64,000 bases of DNA from Okamejei kenojei (taxonomy: Eukaryota), in assembly GCA_035221665.1 (NCBI GenBank), contig CM069149.1, positions 10,540,001 to 10,604,000 on the forward strand. The letters run 5' to 3'. The translations under genes and the position numbers were made by a program. Position 1 is the first letter of the stretch; every line of letters starts with the position of its first letter. Below the pieces are notes generated by a model. It saw nothing but the letters and a program-made list of their open reading frames with translations. It ran no database searches and was not told the DNA's origin. Positions 12,878 through 23,060 of this stretch are shown here, piece by piece.

Positions 12878-13613
12878 AATTCTTCTAAAGTGAACAAGAT
12901 TAAACACAATATTTTTATTGGTCTAGCCAGTCTTTTACGGAGGTTCAACTTAACCTCAGCGAGTCAGGCAGCGTCTGTCGAGAGAGTAGACAGACAGCGT
13001 TTCGGGTCAGGTCCCTTCTTCAGGCTGATGGGAAAAGGGGGAGGGGGGAGAAAGCTGGAAAAGAGAGTGGGTGTACAAAGCCAGGCCAGTGATAGGGGAT
13101 ACAGGTGTGTGAGGGGGGAAGAGGGGCTGCTGTAAGTGACAAAAGTTGGAGGTGAAAAGGAGAAAATAGTGTGTCAAATAAGCAACGAAGAGGAGGAGTG
13201 AAATGTAAAGTTGGAGTGACAGTCTTGCCTCTGATCACAGTGTTTGGATTCTCAGATTCCTTATATCTGACATTCGTCTTGTTCAACTAATTTACAACCC
13301 CTCGCTACCCTCGTGTTGCTCCTAATCTTCACCCCCCCCCCCCCCCCTCTCCCCCCCGGCCACAACCCTGGCTGGAACACTAGATTTACCCAATAACCTT
13401 TGCATGGCCTACACACATGCTGGAAAGGCTCTTGGCAGTGAAATTAGCAGCACTTGGGCCTCAGGCCTCGGGCCTACTGAATTTCCTCATGGAAGCCTAC
13501 AACCAAAACAGTCTTCGGATCAACATGCAGTGGCCAACTAATGTGCCGTTAGGGATATGATGGATTCTCGGCTGTTGTGTTATAATTATCATTATTATTT
13601 CAACTGTTGACAG

Positions 13614-13733
13614 GGTAAGGTCATGGGATTGTGTGGAAATTTTGACAAAAATACAGCGAATGACATGACTACATCAAACAACATGGAAGTAAGCAATGCC
13701 CAAGCTTTTGGAGATAGCTGGGCTCTTGGACAG
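13614..13733 (+). CDS. OTOGL: Otogelin-like, internal exon (end of VWD3)
   Basis: acAG / GTAAGC, 120 nt. GKVMGLCGNFDKNTANDMTTSNNMEVSNAQAFGDSWALGQ; NDMTTSNN and FGDSWALGQ favour OTOGL over OTOG. Confidence 0.95.
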
Positions 13734-15842
13734 GTAAGCACCATAAGGGCATAAAATAGTTCAGAATAAGAGAGCGGCATTTTGTGCCAGTCTATGATTT
13801 ATTACGTTGTAGTAAATCGCAGCTGTTTTAATCTTTTGGGTCACATTAAAAACAGCAGACAAAACTCTCACATTGGTGAAATGTAGACCTGCAAAGTGAT
13901 CCAGTAAGACATTATAATCTAATATTTAATTCTGTCACTTCTGGATAACAAATAATATTTCCATACCTCAACAAGGAAATAAAAGCTTTTCAATGGAGGT
14001 AAATCTTCTGTGGCTGTTTCAATGTTAAAATCTAGATCTGTCTAAACTGAGGCCTCTGGTACTTTGGAAGCGGGAGAATCATTTTCTGGCTCAAACCCTT
14101 TTCATGCACCACTGCTTTTTAAAAAACAGTGACCAAAGCTCTTCCCTCTGTTTGAAACATGCAACATTGAGTAATAAAAACCTATTAAAATAGCCTGACT
14201 TAAAAATGGCAGGGGAATTTTACTCCCAACATATTGCCTGTTCTATGCAGAAGTGCAGGTCAGTCAGCAGTTGGAAATGAGACAAAAAAAATTACCGGCT
14301 TACTGACACCTTGAGTCCATCCAACAGTAGCTTCTGGTTTGAAATAGGCAATATCTGAATTGGGGTATTATAATTATACAGTTCTGTGGATAATTTCTAA
14401 CTGACTCGGGAGCTTGTCATTCCTGTTCTGCCCGGCAGAAATAACTGGAGAGCACCCCAACCATGGTTTCTACCTGGGGAGAAGGCAGGAGAATGGGGTT
14501 AGGAGGGAGAGATAGATCAGCCATGATTGATTGGCTGAGTAGGCTTGATGGGCCAAATGCCTAATTCTGTTTCTATCCCTTATGACCTTATGACAGAAAT
14601 GCGTGGGTGGCCTATATATTGCTTTAATTTTTAGAGCAGGAGTCAATTCCAATGTGTCCATTCCAGTATGTCATGGATACATGCTTGATGCTGGCAAGAA
14701 ATCAATGGTGAATGTAAGGATTCACTAATCAAATTTATGTAGGTCATCTGAGGCACTTTTAACATCTAAGGTGACGTTGAGATATTTTAAATTGTTGTTA
14801 ATTTGACTGGAAATTTAACTTGTGCAGGGTAGATTGCAGGAGTCTCGAGAAACTGGCCAGAGAAATGGAGATGAATTTGAACAGCAGTTCAGGATTACTC
14901 TTGTCCTTGTTACCGTGAGCAACTGCGGATAGAAGATTGGCAGAGGAATGGAAGTCATCCTGCATCTCAAAAGATGGAGGGCTACATGACAGCCAGTCGG
15001 TCAGTTAGTGCTGCAGATGAAGAGCCTGAGGCTTGAATAGCAACTCTTCCCACCATGGTTACAGCGAGCACCTTGTCATAGTCTGCCTCCTGATTTGCTG
15101 ACCGGCCTTAGCCTGGGTACACTGATATCTTACCACGGTGGTTGTCCCTCCCTTGCCGCAGCTACTTCAGATTGGGCTTGTCCACGCAGTTCGTTCTGGG
15201 AATGCTGAATGTTGCGAGATCTTGTTGTTTTATTCCACTTCATAGATAGTCCTTGAGTGGATCACAAAGCACAGACTTTGGCATGTGCTTCATGTGATGC
15301 AGATAGCAAAGCCTAGTCAGCAAAAGGAAGGAAGTTTATCTCTGGTTCTCACTATCACTGATGAATTGATCCTGAGCGATTCCAAACATCTTTGGAATTA
15401 CAATAGAGTCTGTATCTCTGCCTTTGCTTGGAATAGAGAATCCAATTTTCCAGTCATAATGGAGGGTGCTGAGGATGTAACGTGATGGTGACGTTTATGT
15501 TCAGTGGACTAAAGATGACACAATTTCCCAGTCTTTTGTCCAATATTGCTCTACTATGGTGACTGAGCTGGTAAGATTTGAGCTGAACAGCCAGAACTGA
15601 TCCTCCATTGAAAAGAACTGATCCTCATAGTCCAGAGCGTTTGTATTGACATATTATAGGGGTGGGATGGCAGGTGTTGGAGAATTTGTTTATCACCATC
15701 AGCAATTCAGCAGGCAGGTTTGAGACAAAGGAAATCTAATTGACTACCTGTTATGCACCTCTCCCAATATTATTTATGAGTTAATTATTGAATCACTATT
15801 AATGGTGAAAAATTAATATTTTACCTTCTTATTTTGTTCAAG

Positions 15843-15959
15843 TGTGTCAGCAGGAATGGTATCACCAGGCCATGTGAGGCTGACTTGATAAGACAGCCTT
15901 TTGCAAAGAGAGAATGTGCTATTCTGTACAGTGAGATTTTTGCTCCTTGTCATAATGCG
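15843..15959 (+). CDS. OTOGL: Otogelin-like, internal exon (C8 domain start)
   Basis: ttcaAG / GTAAGT, 117 nt. CVSRNGITRPCEADLIRQPFAKRECAILYSEIFAPCHNA. Confidence 0.93.
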
Positions 15960-16628
15960 GTAAGTGTGAGTTTTATTTCTTTTACTCACCTCACTCTAGA
16001 CTTTTTGCCTTGACGATGACCAAATGCTGATTGTTTCCAGTCCAGTGTTTTCATTATCTCTGCATGCCTATTTGCAACTCATGCTTTAGTTTGTACCCCT
16101 CAGAAGGCCCGAGCCATTTTCCCAATAGGTGGTATTTGGTTTATTATTGTCACAGGGACTGAGGTGCAATGAAAAACTTTGTTTCTGTGCTGTCCAGCAA
16201 ATCATACCATACATAAGTACATCAAGGTAGTGTACGTGGGAAAACTAAACGGAATGCAGAATATGGTGTTACAATTGGGCATGAGCAAGCTGGGCACATG
16301 GCTTCCCTGTACTCTGTGGACTCTCTAAAGATGTACAGGTTTGGAGGTTAATTGGCTTGGTATTACTGTAACTTGTCCCTAGTGTGTGTAGGGTAGCGTT
16401 AATGTGCGGGGATTGCTGGTTGGCCTGTTTCCGCGCTGTACCTCTAAAAACTTAAAAAAAGACAAAGCCATGTGATTATGATTCTGGGGCTGTGAACCAC
16501 TATAATAAAAGCAAAGGATTCTCTGCTGTTGAATATTTAATCTGCATTCCATTCAGGGCAGTTTTTCATAAACACGATTTAAATAGGGCATTGGGCATAA
16601 TAACAAATTATTATTAGTTATCCAACAT

Positions 16629-16642
16629 CCCCTAGATGGCAG
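16629..16642 (+). promoter_or_regulatory. Candidate CTCF-binding motif
   Basis: CCCCTAGATGGCAG fits CCNCYAGRKGGCRS in apparently non-repeat intron. Motif match only. Confidence 0.35.
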
Positions 16643-16790
16643 TGTTGAGTCATATAAACGGTGGTCTTGAAAATCTTGTGCATATATAAAAATGTCTAAA
16701 ATATATTTTATACAGAATTCACTTTGATTCAAGACTGATTTTATTTTAATTTTCTGCGAAAGTAATAAAGATATTGTTTTTTTTCCCTAG

Positions 16791-16947
16791 GTTGATGTCA
16801 CCTGGTTTTACAAGAATTGTCTCACCGACACATGTAACTGCAACCGTGGTGGGGACTGCGAATGTTTCTGTACCAGTGTTACTGCTTATGCACACAAGTG
16901 CTGTCAGAAAGGAGTGGCGATCCATTGGAGGTCACCTAGTGTTTGCC
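16791..16947 (+). CDS. OTOGL: Otogelin-like, internal exon (C8 domain)
   Basis: ccctAG / GTGAGT, 157 nt, phase 0/1. [52 protein letters not shown]. Confidence 0.95.
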
Positions 16948-16975
16948 GTGAGTATTATCAGACATACGTTAGGTA

Positions 16976-17186
16976 TTGTGTTGGAAGGAACTGCAGATGC
17001 TGGTTTAAACTGAAGATAGACACAACATGCTGGAGTAACTCAGCGGGACAGGCAGCATCTCTGGAGAGAAGGAATGGGTGACGCTTCTGGTCTGAAGAAG
17101 GGTTTCAACCCAAAATATCACCCATTCTTTCTCGACAGAGATGCTGCCTTTCCCGCTGAGTTACTCCAGCATTTTGTGGTCTATCA
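16976..17186. repeat. Penelope-like terminal repeat in inverted (fold-back) arrangement
   Basis: Roughly 17015-17082 is the reverse complement of roughly 17117-17185. Confidence 0.8.
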
Positions 17187-18098
17187 TATGTTCGGTATTG
17201 TTCCTCATTCTATGTTCGATGTCACAGGAATAATGGCGCACAGAAAAAACAAATGCTTCAAAATATGCAGCAATATAAAAGATGAAGAAACACAATATAA
17301 TGTAACTTGATGGTCGTACTGACTTTAAGGTATATTTAGTGGATGACTGGTAAATATCATTTTTTTGGGCTTTACCAACTGAAATAACACTGCCAACTGA
17401 AATAACATCTCATCTCCAGCAACAGAAGAAGGCTTACTGAAATGTTAGCAATCTGATAAGGCTGTGATTTATGACAGTTTGGGAGCTAATACAGTTTGAT
17501 GTGCTTTCAATTCCTAGGAATAGGTGAATTTGAACATTTCTCACTATTTGACTATCAGGAAGTACATAAACAAAAGATCAGATGCTTAGGAATTCTTCAG
17601 CCAATGTGGCCTGTAGGAAGACATTTGCAACTCCAATCAAACATCTAATACTACATAAGTTAGCTTATAGAAATTATTCCAATAGATACATTTTCACTTA
17701 CAGCACATTTTCATGATTTCATTTGTGTTCTCTCTCTAAAGTCACTCGTCATAAAACTCATTTATTGGAATTGTTATGTTATTAGCTTAAGGCTTCCACT
17801 ATATTTTGGAAGGTTTATTTTATTAAAGCTTCCAGTAAGCCTTACCCCATTGATTGAGATAGAGTTATTCCAATGTTGACAAAGTCAAAACAAATGGCAG
17901 AATACTGGTTAAAATGATACATACCAGTCATCCGCTAAATATATTTTAAAGTCAGTACTACCTTCATCTTACATTATGGCCATTGACTTAAACGTGGACA
18001 CAAAAAAGACAAATCAGTTCAATTTGAATGAAATATTTAATTGCAGCAACAGTATTTAGAATGATTTTCACTTACTTGATATTCTTGACATCTTTCAG

Positions 18099-18125
18099 CT
18101 TTTGACTGTGAATATTACAATCAAG
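18099..18125 (+). CDS. OTOGL: Otogelin-like, 27-nt micro-exon
   Basis: tttcAG / GTATGT, phase 1/1. (P)FDCEYYNQ fills the expected DCEYYN segment between the neighbouring exons. Confidence 0.9.
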
Positions 18126-18709
18126 GTATGTACATTTTTATACTTATTTAACTGAATTTAAGAACCTCTCTACAAATGTCAATGAAAAGCGATGTTTTAA
18201 AATCTGCCACACAGTAGTTCTTTTGTTGATTTGACATTACCTATTTTTGACAAGTCACCTTAAAGCCCATCTCTGTCTGTCTTTCCCAATCCTCTCCACT
18301 TTTGTTTTTGTTCCACCTCAGTACAGAAGACATCTTTCTTCATAGTAACACACATTGTAAAGTCTTGCTGTAGATGACAAACACCTCCACGTGCAGACAT
18401 GCAAGGGTCTTTCAGTATCCAGGCTGTTCTTGGTTAAAAAAATCCAGAATATAACAGATATCAAAATGTGGGTTTTCACAGGTTGAATATGTGTATTTTA
18501 CTTCGGAGTCACGTGAGTGACTACGTGAAGAGCCCGCCAGCCCGCATGTGCGTCAATTACGTCTAATACATGGCGCGCGACTGGCTGGCACCCGCGCTGC
18601 TCCTCTAGCGGTAAGTTTCAAACCTGAAGGTAAGTTTCAAACTTAATTTTCAGGTCGTGCTTTTGCCTTTGCAGGAAGCTCTCTACAGAGTTCCTGCTGG
18701 ATGTCGTTC

Positions 18710-19062
18710 CGGGGAATCCCGACTCCGCGGGAGAAACCCGGCTGCGGAGACTGTGGGGAATCCCGGCTCCGCGAGGGGAACCCAGCTCGGGGGAAACCCG
18801 GCTGCGGAGACCACGGGATATCCCGGCTCTGCGAGGGGAACCCAGCTCAGGGAAACCCGGCTGTGGAGACCACGGGAATCCCGGCTCTGCGAGGGGAACC
18901 CAGCTCAGGGGAAACCCGGCTGTGGAGACCCTGGGGAATCCCGGCTCTGCGAGGGGAACCCAGCTCAAGGACAACCCAGCTGCGGAGACCGCAGGGTATC
19001 CCGGCTCGGCGAGGGAAAACCCGGCTCGGAGAAACCCGGCTGGCTGCGGAAGCCACGGGGAA
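18710..19062. repeat. GC-rich minisatellite, about 60-bp unit, inside the DIRS 5' region
   Basis: Four to five copies of GGGAATCCCGGCTCYGCGAGGGGAACCCAGCTCRGGGAAACCCGGCTGYGGAGACC plus degenerate partial units. Confidence 0.9.
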
Positions 19063-19632
19063 TTTGGCTCCGTGAGAAGTACCGGCTCGGCAGGCCAGTT
19101 AACTTTGGTGGGAACGTCTTTGGACATTTCTTTTCCAGATAGAGCATCTCATGGGAGAGATGCTCCACCTGATACTCCAAGGAAGGGAATAATATAAGCG
19201 CCGGTCTCAGGGGCACGCGGCTGTGCCTGGTGCAGGGCTGCTTTATATCTCCCTCTCTGATGAGGGGAGCTAGGCAGTCGCAGTTTGGTGGTATGTCGTG
19301 AGGGAACATTCCACGACACGCCAGCTGCGTGAAGAAAAAAGGAGGTTTTCCCCTCCATGGGTACGTCCTCAGATGTTTACCCAGGTGGAGCATGGATGTG
19401 TCCGCAGGGCATTCATCCCACTGAGGAGATGCTCCATCCTGATATGGTCCATGGACGGGACCATATCAGCGCAGGTCTTGTCGGGGACCTGCAGCAGCGC
19501 CTGTTGCAGGGCTGCATTATCTCTCTGTCCGTGAAACATACTGGAGTGCACGCGTGAGGTCAAGAACTCTGTCATGGCATCAAGGGTTGCGATATCCACG
19601 CAAATGGAGGAGCCACTGCAAGGAATGCAGGG

Positions 19633-20120
19633 ATTCCTGGGATGTCAGGTCTTTCATAATTCCTGGGATGTCAGGACTTTCATATGAAGAAAGACTGGAT
19701 AGACTTGGCTTGTACTCGTTAGAATTTAGAAGATTGACGGTGATCTTATAGAAACTTACAAAATTCTTAAGGGGTTGGACAGGCTAGATGCCGGAAGATT
19801 GTTCCCGATGTTGGGGAAGTCCAGGACAAGGGGGTCACAGTTTAAGGATAAGGGGGAAGTCTTTTAGGACCGAGATTAGAAAAACATTTTTCACACAGAG
19901 AGTGGTGAATCTGTGGAATTCTCTGCCACAGAAGGTAGTTGAGGCCAGTTCATTGGCTATATTTAAGAGGGAGTTAGATGTGGCCCTTGTGGCTAAAGGG
20001 ATCAGGGGGTATGGAGAGAAGGCAGGTAAGGGATACTGAGTTGGATGATCAGCCATGATCATATTGAATGGCGGTGCAGGCCTAATGGCCTACTCCTGCA
20101 CCCATTTTCTATGTTTCTAT
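19633..20120 (+). mobile_element. CR1/HER1 LINE 3' fragment nested in DIRS
   Basis: IPGMSGLSYEERLDRLGLYSLEFRRL...FFTQRVVNLWNSLP; ends in TTCTATGTTTCTATG. Confidence 0.9.
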
Positions 20121-20376
20121 GAAGAGTTGGCTTCCTCCCTATGGCAGAAAACCTGGAGCTTGGTAAGTGTAGATTGATGTTGCATGTTAACCAATCACAC
20201 AGCAGCCAGCATCTCTAACTCCACCCCACTGTAATACCTATACTAACGCTGTTTTCCAGCACGGACAGTTGGAGCAGCCAGGATGTACTGACAACTAATC
20301 ATCCTCCATGCTGTTAAGTTTTAGTGCTGATTAAAGATGTATTTGAATCACATACTGAGTCTGGAGGTCATTTACA

Positions 20377-20425
20377 TGGTGTCAGAAGAGGGATTCAAAC
20401 CCACGCCTCCAATTGGAGACCAGAA
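20377..20425 (-). tRNA. Captured 3' half of mature tRNA-Leu(CAA) (extended primer-binding site; not a tRNA gene)
   Basis: Minus strand reads TTCTGGTCTCCAATTGGAGGCGTGGGTTTGAATCCCTCTTCTGACACCA: anticodon-stem 3' strand, variable arm, T-arm, acceptor strand and CCA. Confidence 0.85.
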
Positions 20426-23060
20426 TTGGACCCACCAACTGGGTCCCAACCAAGATTTCCACAGTCAAGAAGGGAACAAATGAAACCTGTTTGTGCAACA
20501 ACCCGAAATAACTGAACACTGCCATTAAGTGCCCACACCATCCCACGAAGGCTGTCGAGGATGTTGCGGCAAAGGTCGGAACGACCATCCTATTTTCTGT
20601 CCTTGATGCAAAGAACTCTTTCTGGCAGATACCGCTGGACAAGGAGTTATCAAACCTCACCACACTTGCCACCCCATTCGGCAGATACAAGTTTCTGAGA
20701 ATGCCATTCGGAATCAACTCTGCCAATGAAGTCTTCCAAAGAACTAGGGAGCTATTATTCGAGGACCTACCTTGTGCCATCATTGTCGACGATATCCTAG
20801 TGTATGGCAAAGTCGCAACGGAGCAAGACCACAATCTCAGGCTCATCTTGGATCGCGCACGCAAGATCAACCTCAAGCTCAATCCTGGCAAGTGCAAGTT
20901 CCGGGTCGGCCACATCTTCACTCCTAATGGTCTCAAACCCGGTCCGAAGAAGGCTACTGCCATCACATAAATGCCTGCCTCCACAGATGAGAAAGGCCAG
21001 CAGCGTTTTCTGGGCATGGTAAATTATCTCGGCAAGTTCATACCAAACCTTAGCGAATTAAGCTCCACACTGTGGGAGCTGACCAAAAAGGACACAAGCA
21101 TGGTCATGGTCCCAGCAACATCAGATAGCTTTCAATGTTTTAAAGTCCAAACTGACCAGTGCACCGACCCTGATTTTTTTTTTTTGACCTGAAACGTCCG
21201 GTGACGATCTTTGAAATTTGGGCTCGGCGCAGCCTGCTTGCAACCATCTGCCGAGGGCACTCTACTACCTGTCTCGTATGCCTCTCGCACCATGACCGAC
21301 ACGGAGCAGCACAACACGCAAACCGAAAAGGAACTGTTGGCTGTCGTCTTCGCTTGCTCCAAATTCCACTACTTCATCTTTGCCAACACCTTCACGGTCG
21401 AGACGGACCACCAACCACTGGTGACAATCCTGAACAAGCCCATCCACGCCGCGCCAGCTCGTTTGCAGCGTATGATGATGCAGCTGTAACGGTACGATTT
21501 CTCTATTGCCCACACTAAGGGTAAGGACATGCACGTCGCTGACACTCTCTCCCGTGCACCTCGGGCATCTTGCGAACAACATCCCTATGAACAGGAAAAT
21601 TTCACGGTCCTCGGTGTCAATTTCGTCTCGAGTAAGCAACTGCGCACCCTGGCCGCGCACACCGCCACTGACGATACGCTTCAAATCCTCTCCTCCATCA
21701 TCAAGACATGCTGGCCAGAGAACAATCCAACACGCCCACAGAGGTGCAGCCTTTCTTCCTGGTTCGCGATGAACTGGTAGTTCCGGATGGGGTTGTCACC
21801 AAGGGTCACAAGGTGGTGATACCCTCATCGCTATGAGATGTATACTTCAAAGCGGCACACAGCGGTCACCCAGGAGCCGACGCCACACTGGCACGCGCCC
21901 GTAGTCTGTTCTACTGGCCGGGAATGGCCAGTTACATCCGGGACCGTGTAGCCTCCTGCCCCGCTTGCAACAGCCTTGCGCCTCATCAGCAGCGGCAGCC
22001 CCTTCTGCAACAACCTCCACCAGCTCTGCCCTGGACGTCGCTGGCGGCGGACATTTTTGAATGGTGCGGGAAGCACTACCTCGTTCTAGTCGACTCCTTT
22101 TCTAACTGGTTTGAACTAGACCAGCTGACCTCCGTCACATCGGAGATGGTCATCCAGAAGATGAAAAGACACTTCTCCACCTTTGGCGCTCCCGTCAGCC
22201 TGAGAACCGATAACGGTCGGCAGTTCACCAGCCACATGTTCAAGCTTTTCACAGACCGATGGAACTTCCAGCATGTCACGAGCAGTCCCGAGTATCCACG
22301 GAGTAATGGTCTCGCTGAACGCCCTGTCAGAAGCACCAAACACTTGCTGGAGCGAGCACAGATTTCAAAGTCAGACGTTTATCTCGATCTCCTGAATCTC
22401 AGAAACGTTGCCAGGGACAGAGCCCTGGGATCGCCGGCACAGCGACTGATGTCGAGATTGACGAGGCCTCCGGTACCCATTGCACAACAGCAACTGGTCC
22501 CTCATGTGCTGAAGCCCGCCACTATCCAGAAACGTCTACAAGAGAAGCACGACATCCAGAAACGGTCATACGACAGTTCCAGCAGACCACTCAAGCCTCT
22601 AATTCTGGGTCAGGTCGTCTGTCTACGAACTTCAACCGGACATTCCCGTCTGGGCACTGTTGTCAACCCGACTGATAAGCCACGGTCTTACCTGGTAGAC
22701 TGTGAGGGAGCGGTATACCGGAGAAGTCGACAACGCCTGCTTGCTGTTAAGGAGCCTCGACCACTGCCTGCTGGTCCCCATGCTGCACCACTCCAGTTCC
22801 AGCCGTCCTTTTGCAATGTCTACCACCTGTCCCCGCATGCCTTGCACCCCTCCACGTCCCGCAGTCTCCACTAACCATGGGGCCTCACCCACCGCATGTT
22901 TCCCCTTTTGGTCACCACAAGCCTCCACCGTGTCATTCTCGCCTCCAGGCTCTCTGTCTCATCTCTCAGGTGAGGGGGGGGGGGGGGGGGAGGGTTTGGT
23001 CCGCATGCGCTCGGGCCATGTTAGTAGACCAACAGACAGATATGGCGAGTATGTTTAACT
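20426..23060 (+). pseudogene. Gypsy pol remnant (RT, RNase H, integrase)
   Basis: LDAKNSFWQI, RMPFGINSANEVFQR, IVDDILVYG, FLGMVNYL, EKELLAVVFAC, ETDHQPL, H..GH...C..C, TDNGRQF, SNGLAER. Broken by stops and frameshifts. Confidence 0.9.

Noticed and set aside
18710-19062. Regular repeat array that could suggest CRISPR
   Set aside because: Units are contiguous with no unique spacers and no cas genes; it is a minisatellite inside a vertebrate DIRS element.
18618-19197. Several overlapping 90-170 aa ORFs on both strands as host genes
   Set aside because: Explained by a GC-rich tandem repeat that lacks stop codons.
19255-19290. CTGATGAG as a hammerhead core
   Set aside because: No stem II closed by GAAA follows.
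20377-20425. Functional tRNA-Leu gene
   Set aside because: Only the 3' half is present, it includes the post-transcriptional CCA, and it abuts an LTR.
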